Shown here piece by piece: positions 9,285 to 19,243 of a DNA stretch of 64,000 nt (position 1 is its first letter; each line of letters begins with the position of its first letter). This DNA comes from Candidatus Latescibacterota bacterium. Its GTDB lineage: Bacteria > Latescibacterota > UBA2968. The stretch spans positions 4,096,001 through 4,160,000 of the forward strand of contig OZ242311.1 of NCBI GenBank assembly GCA_965207885.1, given 5' to 3'. The notes beneath the pieces were generated by a model. It saw only the letters and a program-made list of their open reading frames with translations. It made no database searches and had not been told where the DNA came from. The position numbers were made by a program, and so were the translations under genes.

Positions 9285-9710
9285 CTATCCCTCAAAAATC
9301 TCTCTAAATTTTTGGGGTACGGGTCTGATTCTTCGAGTACTATAATCGAGAAACACAATGCCCGTCTTCGCGCGCGCCACCTCTCGCCCATCGGATTTGG
9401 CACGCAAAAGATAAAACAAATCACATCCCGTGCGCGAAAAATTGCACACCGCCACATCGCCCACAAGCGTCTCGCCGTAAAAAGCCTCGCTTCGAAAAAC
9501 AATCACAGCATCAATCATCAAAATACCCACCCCATCCACATCTAACTCCGTAAAACCGTACTCTGCAAACAAACGCGCACGCACCTCGTGACACAGGGAC
9601 AACACCGCATCGTTGCCCAGATGCCCGCCGTAATTGATATCCGAAACTCTCAACGAAATTTCAGTTGTAAAGATAAACTCATCTGGCAATGCCAGCTTCA
9701 CCCTGCCCAT
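9285..9710 (-). CDS. Hotdog-fold acyl-CoA thioesterase
   Basis: LRVSDINYGGHLGND, EAFYG, AKTGIVFLDY. Confidence 0.88.
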   Translation of the reverse strand: MGRVKLALPDEFIFTTEISLRVSDINYGGHLGNDAVLSLCHEVRARLFAEYGFTELDVDGVGILMIDAVIVFRSEAFYGETLVGDVAVCNFSRTGCDLFYLLRAKSDGREVARAKTGIVFLDYSTRRIRPVPQKFREIFEG

Positions 9711-9743
9711 CAAAAGCCCTCCAAACGAATCAGCGAATCTACG

Positions 9744-9774
9744 GAACGGTGTACAACTGGTTCAGGCCAGTTCA
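9744..9774 (+). repeat. Dispersed hairpin element, copy 1 (short loop)
   Basis: GAACGGTGTACAACTGGTTCAGGCCAGTTCA flanked by TCTACG on both sides. Confidence 0.85.
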
Positions 9775-9792
9775 TCTACGAATCAAAAAAGC

Positions 9793-9823
9793 CGTCATTG
9801 CGGCAGGGTGTTAGCCGCAATCC
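9793..9823 (+). repeat. CGTC-type REP-like palindrome
   Basis: CGTCATTGCGGC-AGGGTGTTA-GCCGCAATCC (ATTGCGGC/GCCGCAAT stem). Confidence 0.65.
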
Positions 9824-9848
9824 AGAGGTTTTGGGTGGTAGGGCGGGG

Positions 9849-10035
9849 TTCGTCTATTCGTCTATTCGTCTATTCGTCTATTCGTCTATTCGTCTATTCG
9901 TCTATTCGTCTATTCGTCTATTCGTCTATTCGTCTATTCGTCTATTCGTCTATTCGTCTATTCGTCTATTCGTCTATTCGTCTATTCGTCTATTCGTCTA
10001 TTCGTCTATTCGTCTATTCGTCTATTCGTCTATTC
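9849..10035. repeat. Perfect octamer tandem repeat (TTCGTCTA)x23 + TTC
   Basis: 184 nt of perfect units counted from 9849 to 10032; abuts the stop codon at 10036. Confidence 0.98.
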
Positions 10036-10773
10036 TCAATGCTTACACGCCACATGTCGATCTTTGTATATCCCCTTTAGAAACTTTTCTGGATTGAGTT
10101 CTTCTGGCAAATAATGCCATGCCGTGCTATAGCGCGTGCGATTGCTGTGGTTATCATAAGCACCGTGCAGGAGATTGGCGGAAAACAGAACAACTGTACC
10201 AGCGGGAATGACCAGATCCACAGCCTGCGATTCATCGACCACTGTCCAACGGCCGTGCCTGCCTATATTTTTGTGGTGTTCGGCAATCTCACCCATCCGG
10301 TGGCTACCGGGCACCACCCGCAAACACCCATTCTCCAAATCTGAATCTTCCAGATAAATACCGCAACTGATAATGCGATCCGTATCGGTCCCAAAATAAA
10401 AATTGTCCTGATGCCAGCCCGTTGACGTACCGCCATTGGGCAACTTGGGAAAAAACTTGGTGCCAAACAAATCGATATTTTCACCAATTAATACCGCCAC
10501 GCGGTCTAAAATCGCCGGTTCACGCGCCAGTTCCAACACGCGGGCATCAACCACACAAACACCCTGAATTTTGTGCAACAAGCCCGCCCGGGGTTCCCCG
10601 CACTCGTCCAACTCGAGCGTCCAGTGCGGCACCTCCTCTGTCAGCTTGCTACCCTCTGCGACCAGTTCATCAAATACCTGCTTGTAATAGGCCAATCGCT
10701 CGCCCTGGATCAGGCTCTCAAAAACGAGATACCCATCTTCTCGAAACTGCTGTACCTGTTCGTCTGTCAACAT
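10036..10773 (-). CDS. PhyH family dioxygenase
   Basis: MLTDEQVQQFREDGYL, GWHQDNFYF, NGCLRVVPGSH, LHGAYDNHSNRTR; GGGAGG RBS. Confidence 0.9.
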   Translation of the reverse strand: MLTDEQVQQFREDGYLVFESLIQGERLAYYKQVFDELVAEGSKLTEEVPHWTLELDECGEPRAGLLHKIQGVCVVDARVLELAREPAILDRVAVLIGENIDLFGTKFFPKLPNGGTSTGWHQDNFYFGTDTDRIISCGIYLEDSDLENGCLRVVPGSHRMGEIAEHHKNIGRHGRWTVVDESQAVDLVIPAGTVVLFSANLLHGAYDNHSNRTRYSTAWHYLPEELNPEKFLKGIYKDRHVACKH

Positions 10774-10789
10774 GAAAAACCTCCCTGTC

Positions 10790-11743
10790 TCATTTCTCAC
10801 TGCGAATTTCCCTATTCAACCGCGCGGCCTTCACCAACTCGCGCTCCAGCAATTGGTAATAGGCTGCAGAATCCATCGTCGCTTTTTTCTTCACCAGAGC
10901 CTGCACCTCGTCAATCGCCTTACCATAAGCTGCGACAAGCGCGGGCGAAGCACCTTTGGGAACGAGAAAATTGAGCAAAAAACAACGGTCTGCCAACATT
11001 CCATCGCCCGCGTCGATATCGGACAGACGCGTACCCAACCCATCGCCATTATCGTCCAAAATCGCGTTCTCTGTCGCAATCAGCCCCTCACTCAAAAACC
11101 AGGCATCTGTCAGTGAAGATGCCTGGGTGCAAATCTCCAGAACCGAAATGCGGTCATCGCGATTTTGATCTGCACTACCATCCTCCAGTGCCTGAACAAA
11201 AAAACGCATAAATTGCGTGGCATTGCGTTGATCCATACTGCGCGTACTCGCGCATATAATACGCCCATCTCGACTCAGTGCATTGACAAAAGGCGCACTC
11301 ATCGACGCACCATTGACAACAATAATGCGCCGCACAGATAACATCTTCAAAAATCCATCCAGATCTTCAGCTGTCAAATCCGCACCGGGAATATTCAACT
11401 TGGCAACCTGGCGACGATAGCTTCCGTGCCCAATTAAAAAAATGAACACATCGTCACCCGACGTTACCCGCTCCGACAAACCGCGGAATACATTGCGGAT
11501 GCCTGCTATTGATGACATGCCATCGGCATTCTCACCCGTCTCATTCACCAATAGCACATTTGCCGCGGGATGATCACATCGCTCAATCAGCACCCGGCGC
11601 AAACGCTGCCCCCAATCGTCAAACCGCTCGGAATACTCGTCCTCTCCACCGCTACCGCTGATGATCACATCAAAAACAGCGGCATTTGCCTGCGCCAGCA
11701 TCAACACCCAAATTGGGAAAATCCATAATATGCCTTTTTTCAC
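10790..11743 (-). CDS. Secreted caspase/legumain(C13)-fold-like hypothetical protein
   Basis: Signal peptide; IFLIGHGS, VVNGASMSAPF, DQNRDDRIS; GTG start overlaps upstream stop. Confidence 0.55.
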   Translation of the reverse strand: MKKGILWIFPIWVLMLAQANAAVFDVIISGSGGEDEYSERFDDWGQRLRRVLIERCDHPAANVLLVNETGENADGMSSIAGIRNVFRGLSERVTSGDDVFIFLIGHGSYRRQVAKLNIPGADLTAEDLDGFLKMLSVRRIIVVNGASMSAPFVNALSRDGRIICASTRSMDQRNATQFMRFFVQALEDGSADQNRDDRISVLEICTQASSLTDAWFLSEGLIATENAILDDNGDGLGTRLSDIDAGDGMLADRCFLLNFLVPKGASPALVAAYGKAIDEVQALVKKKATMDSAAYYQLLERELVKAARLNREIRSEK

Positions 11744-14097
11744 GGCTCTCCCCGCTTCCGTCTCAAATACCATTCAACGCAAAGCAACAACACGAGTAGA
11801 ATATAAAAAGGCGGAAAATGCCACAACGGAAAACGATCCAATCGCGCATGAGCCTGGTCGGTATATGGAATCTGCTCAGCCAATTCGTCGAGCGCGTCCA
11901 ACTCGATAAATTTGCCACCCGTGTGTGCAGACAGGCGTTTCAAAAAATCGGGATTATAACGCGCAGACAAAAACTCGAGATGATCCGGTCGCGCCAGCAC
12001 AGCCGCGTCCAACTGCCCAATATCTACGCCATCGGAATCGCGCGCCGTGAGCTTCACTCGGTGCAATCCCGCTTCTGTAGCCTCAAAAATCGCAGAATAC
12101 GCACCCACCTCGGCGATCGATTCAGAAATCGGCAATCTAACCGTCCCACCATTCGGTATCTCGACCTGCACATCGACGGACAGCCCTTCGCGAGGTTCGA
12201 AAAGAGAATCGCGCACCACAAACTTCAAATCGCGCATGTCTCCTACGACAACATCCTCGCCGCTATCGATCATCGTCACAGGCTCTGGCACCCGCATTGC
12301 CAGCAAACGCGCCAACTGCCGCCAAAAGCGTTCGTGAGCGGCATCTTCAACATTCTGCATCATCTGCCACTGCCACGTCTCGCCCGTACCCAACGCAGCA
12401 CTCAAACCCTCTCCATACCGCTGCCAGGCAAACAGCGGCTGTGCATCCACAGCTTCAGACTCGGCATCCACCGTCGCCATCACCGTTGCACCAGCGCGCA
12501 CAGACGCAAACGCATTGACCCCGTAAAGCGCGGACAAATTCGCCCACTGCTCGGCATTGACTTCGGCATCTTCGCTCAAAGACCAGACCCCGGACAATAC
12601 GCCTTCAATCGTCGGCTTAGCGCGAAAAGCCACATCGTCGTAATCACCCGCAGGGCCCAACACAACGGGCAACATCGGTTCAATAGTAGAATGCGCCCAC
12701 CCGCCCTCTGAGTACGCGCGGGGACCGCCCAGCATCAAAAAACTGCCCCCGCGTTTGGACACAAATTCCCGCGTCAAATTGAGTTGGGCAAGAGAAAAGA
12801 AATCGCGCTCAATATCCCCCCAGATCATCACATGGTAGCGAAAAAGCTCTGACACATCTGAAGGATACCCTCCCGCCAACTCCGACTCTGACACGCCAAT
12901 GCGGATAAAAACCGCTTCGTCATAACGCGGCGCATTCAGCGCCTGATCGTCAAAACCTTCAAACAGGGGATTCGCCATTGTCGCATCGCGCCCACGGAAA
13001 ACAAACTTGCGCTCGGCACCAGAAATGCGAACCAGACTCGACAAAACGAGTTGCGGCGCTCCATCTAAGGCACGCCGCAAAAACTTGCCCTCCCAATTGG
13101 GACGCCCGCTAAAATACAAAATGCGAAAAACGCGCTCGCGATTATCCACCAGAATATCTCGCGCATTATTCTCAGCAATGCGGTCTTTGGTCGCAACATC
13201 CGTGGTATCTGCCAAACGCACCCGCACGCGGTGTGATACCCAGCCATCTCTTTGCGGATCAAAAGCGAGCCGAACGTAATTTTCTTCTTCTGGTCCCACA
13301 ATCGAAAGCGGTGACGACGCCACCACCCGCTTGCCATCCAGCACATCGACCACCACATCTTCACCGCCCAACCCCTCGGCCACCACCCGCGCGGTAACCG
13401 CCATCTCATCGGATCGCACGCGCGACACCGATACATCGGTCAATGCCAGATCGCGCCAGAGATCATCGCGTCCTATTCCCACTGTAAAAACGGGCACATC
13501 GCGGGACAAATCCGTTATCTGAACAGGCGAGACACTTTGCTGCACCCCATCGCTAAACACCACCACAGCCGACACCGCAGCCCCCGACATTTGCTTGAGC
13601 ACCCCGCGAACTGCACCGACAATATCTGTTCGCCCCTGATCAAACGCGAGATCCTCAACCTCATTAACGCGCGCTGTCGTGCTGCCAAACCGAAACCGCG
13701 CCACCTGATGGGATTGCGTCAAAACGCGCTCAAAATCCGATCCCTGATACACCTGCACAAATCTTTCTGCCCGCGCCTGCCCATCGTATTCGGGCACCGT
13801 CATACTGCGGGAATCATCAAACAAAACAGGCACAAAATGCGTACCAGGCTCCAATTTTCGCGCCACCAGCGCAGGTCCCAATAACAAAAATAGCACCAGC
13901 GCCAATGCCACCCCGCGCAATCCAATCAACGCCTTTGAAAGCGCGGGTCGCCGCCTGTGCCAGAACAACACACTCGCACAAAAAACAACACCGAGAAGGA
14001 CCAACGCCACAGGCCATGCGACATCCAGTACAAACCGCACATCCCGATATACAGCGGCGCGATCCCCGGCCAACAAGTGTAATAACCAGTCAGTCAC
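11740..14097 (-). CDS. Membrane protein with vWA domain and glutamine-amidotransferase-like domain
   Basis: N-terminal TMs, DDSRSM MIDAS, VVFSDG, GGSFLMLGG, C-terminal EWYLRRK anchor. Confidence 0.75.
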   Translation of the reverse strand: MTDWLLHLLAGDRAAVYRDVRFVLDVAWPVALVLLGVVFCASVLFWHRRRPALSKALIGLRGVALALVLFLLLGPALVARKLEPGTHFVPVLFDDSRSMTVPEYDGQARAERFVQVYQGSDFERVLTQSHQVARFRFGSTTARVNEVEDLAFDQGRTDIVGAVRGVLKQMSGAAVSAVVVFSDGVQQSVSPVQITDLSRDVPVFTVGIGRDDLWRDLALTDVSVSRVRSDEMAVTARVVAEGLGGEDVVVDVLDGKRVVASSPLSIVGPEEENYVRLAFDPQRDGWVSHRVRVRLADTTDVATKDRIAENNARDILVDNRERVFRILYFSGRPNWEGKFLRRALDGAPQLVLSSLVRISGAERKFVFRGRDATMANPLFEGFDDQALNAPRYDEAVFIRIGVSESELAGGYPSDVSELFRYHVMIWGDIERDFFSLAQLNLTREFVSKRGGSFLMLGGPRAYSEGGWAHSTIEPMLPVVLGPAGDYDDVAFRAKPTIEGVLSGVWSLSEDAEVNAEQWANLSALYGVNAFASVRAGATVMATVDAESEAVDAQPLFAWQRYGEGLSAALGTGETWQWQMMQNVEDAAHERFWRQLARLLAMRVPEPVTMIDSGEDVVVGDMRDLKFVVRDSLFEPREGLSVDVQVEIPNGGTVRLPISESIAEVGAYSAIFEATEAGLHRVKLTARDSDGVDIGQLDAAVLARPDHLEFLSARYNPDFLKRLSAHTGGKFIELDALDELAEQIPYTDQAHARLDRFPLWHFPPFYILLVLLLCVEWYLRRKRGEP

Positions 14098-17000
14098 TTC
14101 TCATTTTCCGTCAACGCTTTAAAATACTCGGCAACGCGGGCGCGGTATTGCTCGGGAATTTCGTCTGTCTTGCCAGCGGAAAGGCCATAGTCTCCTTTTC
14201 GCTCGCGAATCAGCACCGACAATTCTTCGGCAGACAGCGTCAAAGGCTTGATTGCACGCTCAAAAATCAAATCGTACTGCGGCACCGCTCCCTTGCGATG
14301 ATAATCGCGCCCAATACCCGCCAGATCTTCGCGGATACCCGTCAAACGCTGTCGCACACCCAAATCAGTCGGCAAAAGCGACTCGGCCTCGCGCAAGCGA
14401 TCCATCCAATCGCGAAAACCGCCTTCGGCAAAACGCCGCAACGCATCGGGATCTTGCGGTCCCCATCCAAATCGCCCGTCACCATCCCCTCTTTCTCCCC
14501 CCATCACACTCTCCAGACGCTCCTGCGCCCGCTCCAGCGCCTCCAGATCGTCGCGCACCAGAAGTTGCGCGACACCATCGAGTTTTTCAGCCGCCTGATC
14601 CAACTTCTCCGCCACGCCGCGCTCGTGTGTTTCCGATGCCTGCCACGCTCCCAATCTCACCAATCGCTCGCCCGCTTGCATATCTTCAAAAATGCCCTCT
14701 CGGCTCGTCTCGCGCAGCCAGTCATTGAGTTTTTGCGCCATCAAACCCTGGCTTTCAGCGGCCTTTTCTGCCAACGCACTCGCTTCCTCCATCATATCGC
14801 GGAACTGATCGGTCGTGCGTTGCTTGCCCTCGAGCATCTCGCTCAATGCGCGCTCCGAATCAGACAGCGTTCCGCGCTGCGTCTGCTGCTCCTGAGCCTG
14901 TGCGACCAGACCGCGCTGTTGGGCCCGCAAACTATCCATATTCTCTTGCAACATTCTCATGCGCTCAGCCGCAGCCCCGCGCGACAAATTGCCCAATTGC
15001 TCCTGCACATCGCGCAATGCGTCCAAAGCGCGATTGCCCGCAGCCCGCGCCCGTTGCAACTGATCGTTATTCAGATTTTGCGCGCTGCGATTCATCTGCC
15101 GCCGCGCACCTTCCAATTGTTCCCGCGCCCGCCGCGCCTGTTGTGGATCCATATCCCCAGACGCAATCTCGCCATTGACTGCATCGAGCGCGTCCATCGT
15201 CTGACGCTGCGCTTCGCGCAACTGCTCCAAGCGCCGTTCGGCTTCTTCGCGGGCTTCGCGCTCCAGCTTTTCAGCCTCTGAAATCAACTGCGCCACATCT
15301 TCGTTAATCGCCGCCTGCCGCCTGGTCAATTCCTCAATTTTATTTTGTGCTTCTGCCGTCTCAGCAAGTTGCTGTTGCAATGTAGATGCCTCTTCCCGAA
15401 AATCTCGCCGTTGCGCCAACTCCAGACCATCTAACTCGCGTTGCTGTGCCTGACCCCCACCACCTCCGCGCTGTCGCTGCCTGCCTTGCACCACCTCAGA
15501 CTCTCTCGGTCTTCTCTGCAAAAGATATCGATACGCGCGCTGAGCGTGCCCCCAGGCCCTTGCCAATGCCGCATCCGGATCGTCAAAAGACGCCTCGTGC
15601 AATGCCTCTACAACACCCGCAAACTCAGCTTCCAAATCCGCTGCCTGATTCCTCACAGAACCCCGAACATTCTCCTGCGCTTCAATAATGGCGTGCTTTT
15701 GCTCATCGTATTCTTCCCGATCCATTCCCGACGCGCCTTTGCGCAAATTCCAGATCGCGATAATCACCTGCTTCTGACCCTCAGCACCACCCCGCTGCCC
15801 CCTGCCCTGCCCCTGTTGACCACCCTCGTTGCTCACAGCCTGGCGATAGAGTCTTTCAAAAGGCCGAATCTCCAAAAAATAGGGATCGCCCAGAGTCTCA
15901 ATCTCAGACCGTCCAGGCTTGCCATCTTCTGCCCAGACCGTCCAGGTAATAAAATCACCCGCCGCGAGTTCCAGATCTTCCAGTGCCATCGGATACTCAC
16001 CCTCTGCGCTCTCTATCCGCGCTGTCTCCGTCTTAAGAGAAATCCGCACGGGATCGCGCCCTGCAACCTCGTATTGCAAACCGTAATCCGTGAGCCTGTA
16101 ATCGTCTTTTATCGAAAACCCAAAAGCCACTTCCTCAATTGCCGTAGCTTCGTCATCCCCGCGTGGAAAACGAACCTGAATGCGCGGCGGCTGATCGACC
16201 TTCGCCGTAATTTTATACGCGCGCGCATACTCATTTTCCTCGCCATCGGCATCTCGCAACGCCACCTCGTATGTCCCGTTCTCTGTAATCGACAGTGCGC
16301 CTTCCCACAAGGCATCATCTGACTTTTTTAACGCCATTTCTTTTTCACCATCCAATACCAGCGATGCCTTCTCCAACTCTTTATTGACCGTCACTGATAC
16401 AACCACCTCCGTGCCTTCAGGCGCCGTAATATCACCGCCATAAGGCACATCGCGGTCCTCCATTTCCAAATAATCGGGATAGCGATATAGAAGTCCAATC
16501 GACACGACCTCGGGCGGCGTCCACACCGAAAGAGTATAGACATCGGAACGATAAGACCCCACCTGCACCTGGTACTCTGTATCGGCATACAAATCGCGCA
16601 ATTGATGGGCAAACACATCGCCAGCCTCACCAGGCTCTAAAGGCGCGGTTTGCCAGTCCCCGCCCGATGGCCGCCACTGAATTGCCTTGCTCGCACCCAT
16701 AAGATCTGTCGTCACCCAAACCATCTGATGCGCCCCGCGGCGCACCCGCGCATCACCCGGTTCAACCGTATAGGGCAAAGGCAAAGCTGGTGCAAAAAAC
16801 AACCGTCCCGCAATATCGCCCAGATTAACCTGCCACAATGCCACGAGCAACACAACAGCACCCAATCCCCAAACCCCAACAGCCGCGCGGCGCACCCGCT
16901 TCAAAACGCGCAAATCAATCACAGGTGGCGCCTGTATCGCCGACAATTCGCGCACCTGCTGAAACACCTGCTCGGTCATCCACTCGGAAACCGGCGTTGA

Positions 17001-17330
17001 CCCGTGCAGCGACACAGTACTCACAATCAGATCCTCAAGATCGGGATGATGTGCATCGAGAAACAGCGCGATCTGCTCTCGTGTCACCACCGTCCGCTGC
17101 GGAACGTACAACCACTTATAACCCGCGCCAAAGACCAGAATGAGAAATGCCAGAACCGGCACAATCACAGGCACGCGATCGGCAAAAGCCACCACAGCGC
17201 ACAACCCGATCAGCAACCCCAAAAACACCGCGCCAAACATCAACCGACCCTGCAAACGCCGCCGCCGCTCAAACTGCGCGGCAACTTCGCGGATCGCGTG
17301 TTCCAATTTAAGCGGTAGCAATGGTATCAT
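14094..17330 (-). CDS. DUF4175-like membrane protein with long coiled-coil
   Basis: Three N-terminal TMs, Ig-like middle (DQPP, DDYRL), Q/E-rich coiled coil, terminal PEQYRARVAEYFKAL. Confidence 0.75.
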   Translation of the reverse strand: MIPLLPLKLEHAIREVAAQFERRRRLQGRLMFGAVFLGLLIGLCAVVAFADRVPVIVPVLAFLILVFGAGYKWLYVPQRTVVTREQIALFLDAHHPDLEDLIVSTVSLHGSTPVSEWMTEQVFQQVRELSAIQAPPVIDLRVLKRVRRAAVGVWGLGAVVLLVALWQVNLGDIAGRLFFAPALPLPYTVEPGDARVRRGAHQMVWVTTDLMGASKAIQWRPSGGDWQTAPLEPGEAGDVFAHQLRDLYADTEYQVQVGSYRSDVYTLSVWTPPEVVSIGLLYRYPDYLEMEDRDVPYGGDITAPEGTEVVVSVTVNKELEKASLVLDGEKEMALKKSDDALWEGALSITENGTYEVALRDADGEENEYARAYKITAKVDQPPRIQVRFPRGDDEATAIEEVAFGFSIKDDYRLTDYGLQYEVAGRDPVRISLKTETARIESAEGEYPMALEDLELAAGDFITWTVWAEDGKPGRSEIETLGDPYFLEIRPFERLYRQAVSNEGGQQGQGRGQRGGAEGQKQVIIAIWNLRKGASGMDREEYDEQKHAIIEAQENVRGSVRNQAADLEAEFAGVVEALHEASFDDPDAALARAWGHAQRAYRYLLQRRPRESEVVQGRQRQRGGGGGQAQQRELDGLELAQRRDFREEASTLQQQLAETAEAQNKIEELTRRQAAINEDVAQLISEAEKLEREAREEAERRLEQLREAQRQTMDALDAVNGEIASGDMDPQQARRAREQLEGARRQMNRSAQNLNNDQLQRARAAGNRALDALRDVQEQLGNLSRGAAAERMRMLQENMDSLRAQQRGLVAQAQEQQTQRGTLSDSERALSEMLEGKQRTTDQFRDMMEEASALAEKAAESQGLMAQKLNDWLRETSREGIFEDMQAGERLVRLGAWQASETHERGVAEKLDQAAEKLDGVAQLLVRDDLEALERAQERLESVMGGERGDGDGRFGWGPQDPDALRRFAEGGFRDWMDRLREAESLLPTDLGVRQRLTGIREDLAGIGRDYHRKGAVPQYDLIFERAIKPLTLSAEELSVLIRERKGDYGLSAGKTDEIPEQYRARVAEYFKALTENEK

Positions 17331-19243
17331 GTCCGTACCTCCCGCGCACTCAAATACGCGGCGTAAAAATGTTCAATCAAAAGCAAAGCGAGCAAAAATC
17401 CGAGTATCCAGCGGCCGTATTCATACACAATTGAAAGATCAGTCGATTGTTTGCCACCTCGCTGAAATAACACGGGCGCATCGCACAGCCGAATCTCAAA
17501 TTCCGCGGGCGTTATTCGCGCCAGATCGCTCTCTCGGTCTATGACATTGACCGATGCGATTTGCGTTCCCCACTGATATACGCCGGGCACCTGGAATATA
17601 CGCGCATCGCCAACGGCAGAATCCGATCCCTCTGGTCCCATAACTCGTTCCACCGCATCAGACGTGCTTATGGCATCGCCCACCAGATAATCTGTCTCGA
17701 TCTCCCGATCTCCCGATAAATAGCGCAACGTCTCGTGCAACAAAGGCACAAACCGCGGCGTCCGCGCCAGATTTGAACGATCAAACCCCATCCCACCGGC
17801 CCAGACCACGATGCGCCCTTCTCCTATTCTGCCTTCGACAATAGCGGGCATCAAATCGTCGTATTTTGCCAGCACCGCGGCTGAACTGTCAGCGGTAATA
17901 ATGTGGTAATTCTCATAACGCACAGATGAAAAATCGTTAAATCGCGCGCCCCTGAAAGGACGAAAAATGGGGTGCTCCAAATCGACCCACGCCAGCGCGG
18001 CATAACCCGCATCCTCCACCCCAGAAATCCTTATATTTGCGTACGCGAGCAAAGCATTCACAGACTGAATACCGGCATCCCTGCGAAGCGGCAAAAACAG
18101 CGCCCCTCCATTCTCAACATACTCTCTAAACTCACTCACAGCAGTCACATCTTCGGCAATCACCGCCGACCCCATAAGGTCCCCAGACCATGTCAATCGC
18201 CAATCCGCACCCTCGGGCACAGCAGCCTTGAGCATAAACCTCGAGGACTCCGAAGCATTCAACACCGCGATGGGATGTTGCGGTTTGGCAAGCCACGTAA
18301 AAAAACGGCGATCATCTCGCTGCAGCCCATCGCCTCCCGCAAGCGCGACATATCCGTTTATCCCATCCTCCAAAGGCACGGAGAAAGCCACCTGCGTCGC
18401 ATTTCCCGGCAACACCATTACATCGCGCGTTTCTATCACCTCTCCACCGACCATTAGCTGCGCGGCAAACGCGCCTTGTCCAGACCAATTTCTCACGCGA
18501 GCGCGAACCCGTAACACATCGTCCTTTAAAGCCCGCACAGCGAGCGCGTCAACCGACGCATTGGACACCTGCGCGGTACCCACATCCACCACTTGAAGCG
18601 CAATCGCACCCGGCAACCGCCATCCCATATCGGACAGCGACATACCACTCGCCTGAAAATCGCTGATCACGTGAACCACGCGCTTCACCTGCGCAGTATC
18701 AGCCGCAAAAACATGCTCAACTGCCTGAAGTGCCGAAACATAATCGGTATGTGCCCACGTCACATCGGCGATCTCAATAGCGTGTCGAACATCTGCCACA
18801 TCACCCGAAAGCGGCACATCGACCACAGCCTGCTGTGCAAATCGCACAAATCCAACCCGATCCCCCGGTCCCACAGTCTCCAACACGGCCTTCGCCCCTG
18901 TTTTCGCGCGCTCCCACACCCCATCATATCCCATACTCAGCGAAACATCCATCGCAATCACATGATCTGTTCGCCCCGAAGGTGCTGCTTCAGCATCTAA
19001 CATCATCTCTTGAAAAGGCCGCGCAAACGCAAGTGCCAGGGCGACCAGCACCGCCATTCTCAACAACATCAACACAATGTGTTGAACGCGCCTGCGCTCG
19101 ATCACCTCGCGCTTGATATCGGGAACAAACATCAAACTGCTAAACCGCACGGTCTCGCGCTCGGGGCGGCGAATGCGATGCACAAAATAGGGAATGCCAA
19201 TCAGCGCAACACCAAATGCAAATAGCGGGACCAGCAACCCCAT
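17327..19243 (-). CDS. BatA-domain/vWA protein
   Basis: IPYFVH..FSSLMF..LLRM..LAFARP (BatA), DVSLSM MIDAS, ISDFQ, C-terminal TM. Confidence 0.85.
   Translation of the reverse strand: MGLLVPLFAFGVALIGIPYFVHRIRRPERETVRFSSLMFVPDIKREVIERRRVQHIVLMLLRMAVLVALALAFARPFQEMMLDAEAAPSGRTDHVIAMDVSLSMGYDGVWERAKTGAKAVLETVGPGDRVGFVRFAQQAVVDVPLSGDVADVRHAIEIADVTWAHTDYVSALQAVEHVFAADTAQVKRVVHVISDFQASGMSLSDMGWRLPGAIALQVVDVGTAQVSNASVDALAVRALKDDVLRVRARVRNWSGQGAFAAQLMVGGEVIETRDVMVLPGNATQVAFSVPLEDGINGYVALAGGDGLQRDDRRFFTWLAKPQHPIAVLNASESSRFMLKAAVPEGADWRLTWSGDLMGSAVIAEDVTAVSEFREYVENGGALFLPLRRDAGIQSVNALLAYANIRISGVEDAGYAALAWVDLEHPIFRPFRGARFNDFSSVRYENYHIITADSSAAVLAKYDDLMPAIVEGRIGEGRIVVWAGGMGFDRSNLARTPRFVPLLHETLRYLSGDREIETDYLVGDAISTSDAVERVMGPEGSDSAVGDARIFQVPGVYQWGTQIASVNVIDRESDLARITPAEFEIRLCDAPVLFQRGGKQSTDLSIVYEYGRWILGFLLALLLIEHFYAAYLSAREVRT

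Noticed and set aside
9738-9780. TCTACG (and TAGACG at 43667/43710) as 6-bp target-site duplications
   Set aside because: Better explained by the 8-bp periodicity of the host array; copies 2 and 4 show no such duplication
9849-10035. CRISPR array
   Set aside because: 8-bp units with no spacers and no cas genes
9588-10097. Plus-strand ORFs with (VYSSIRLF)n repeats
   Set aside because: By-product of the octamer array lacking stops on that strand; they overlap real minus-strand genes and have no RBS
13905-15281. Long 458-aa antisense ORF, and similar shadow ORFs across the MoxR operon
   Set aside because: Antisense to a well-formed coiled-coil gene; no motifs; expected from codon bias
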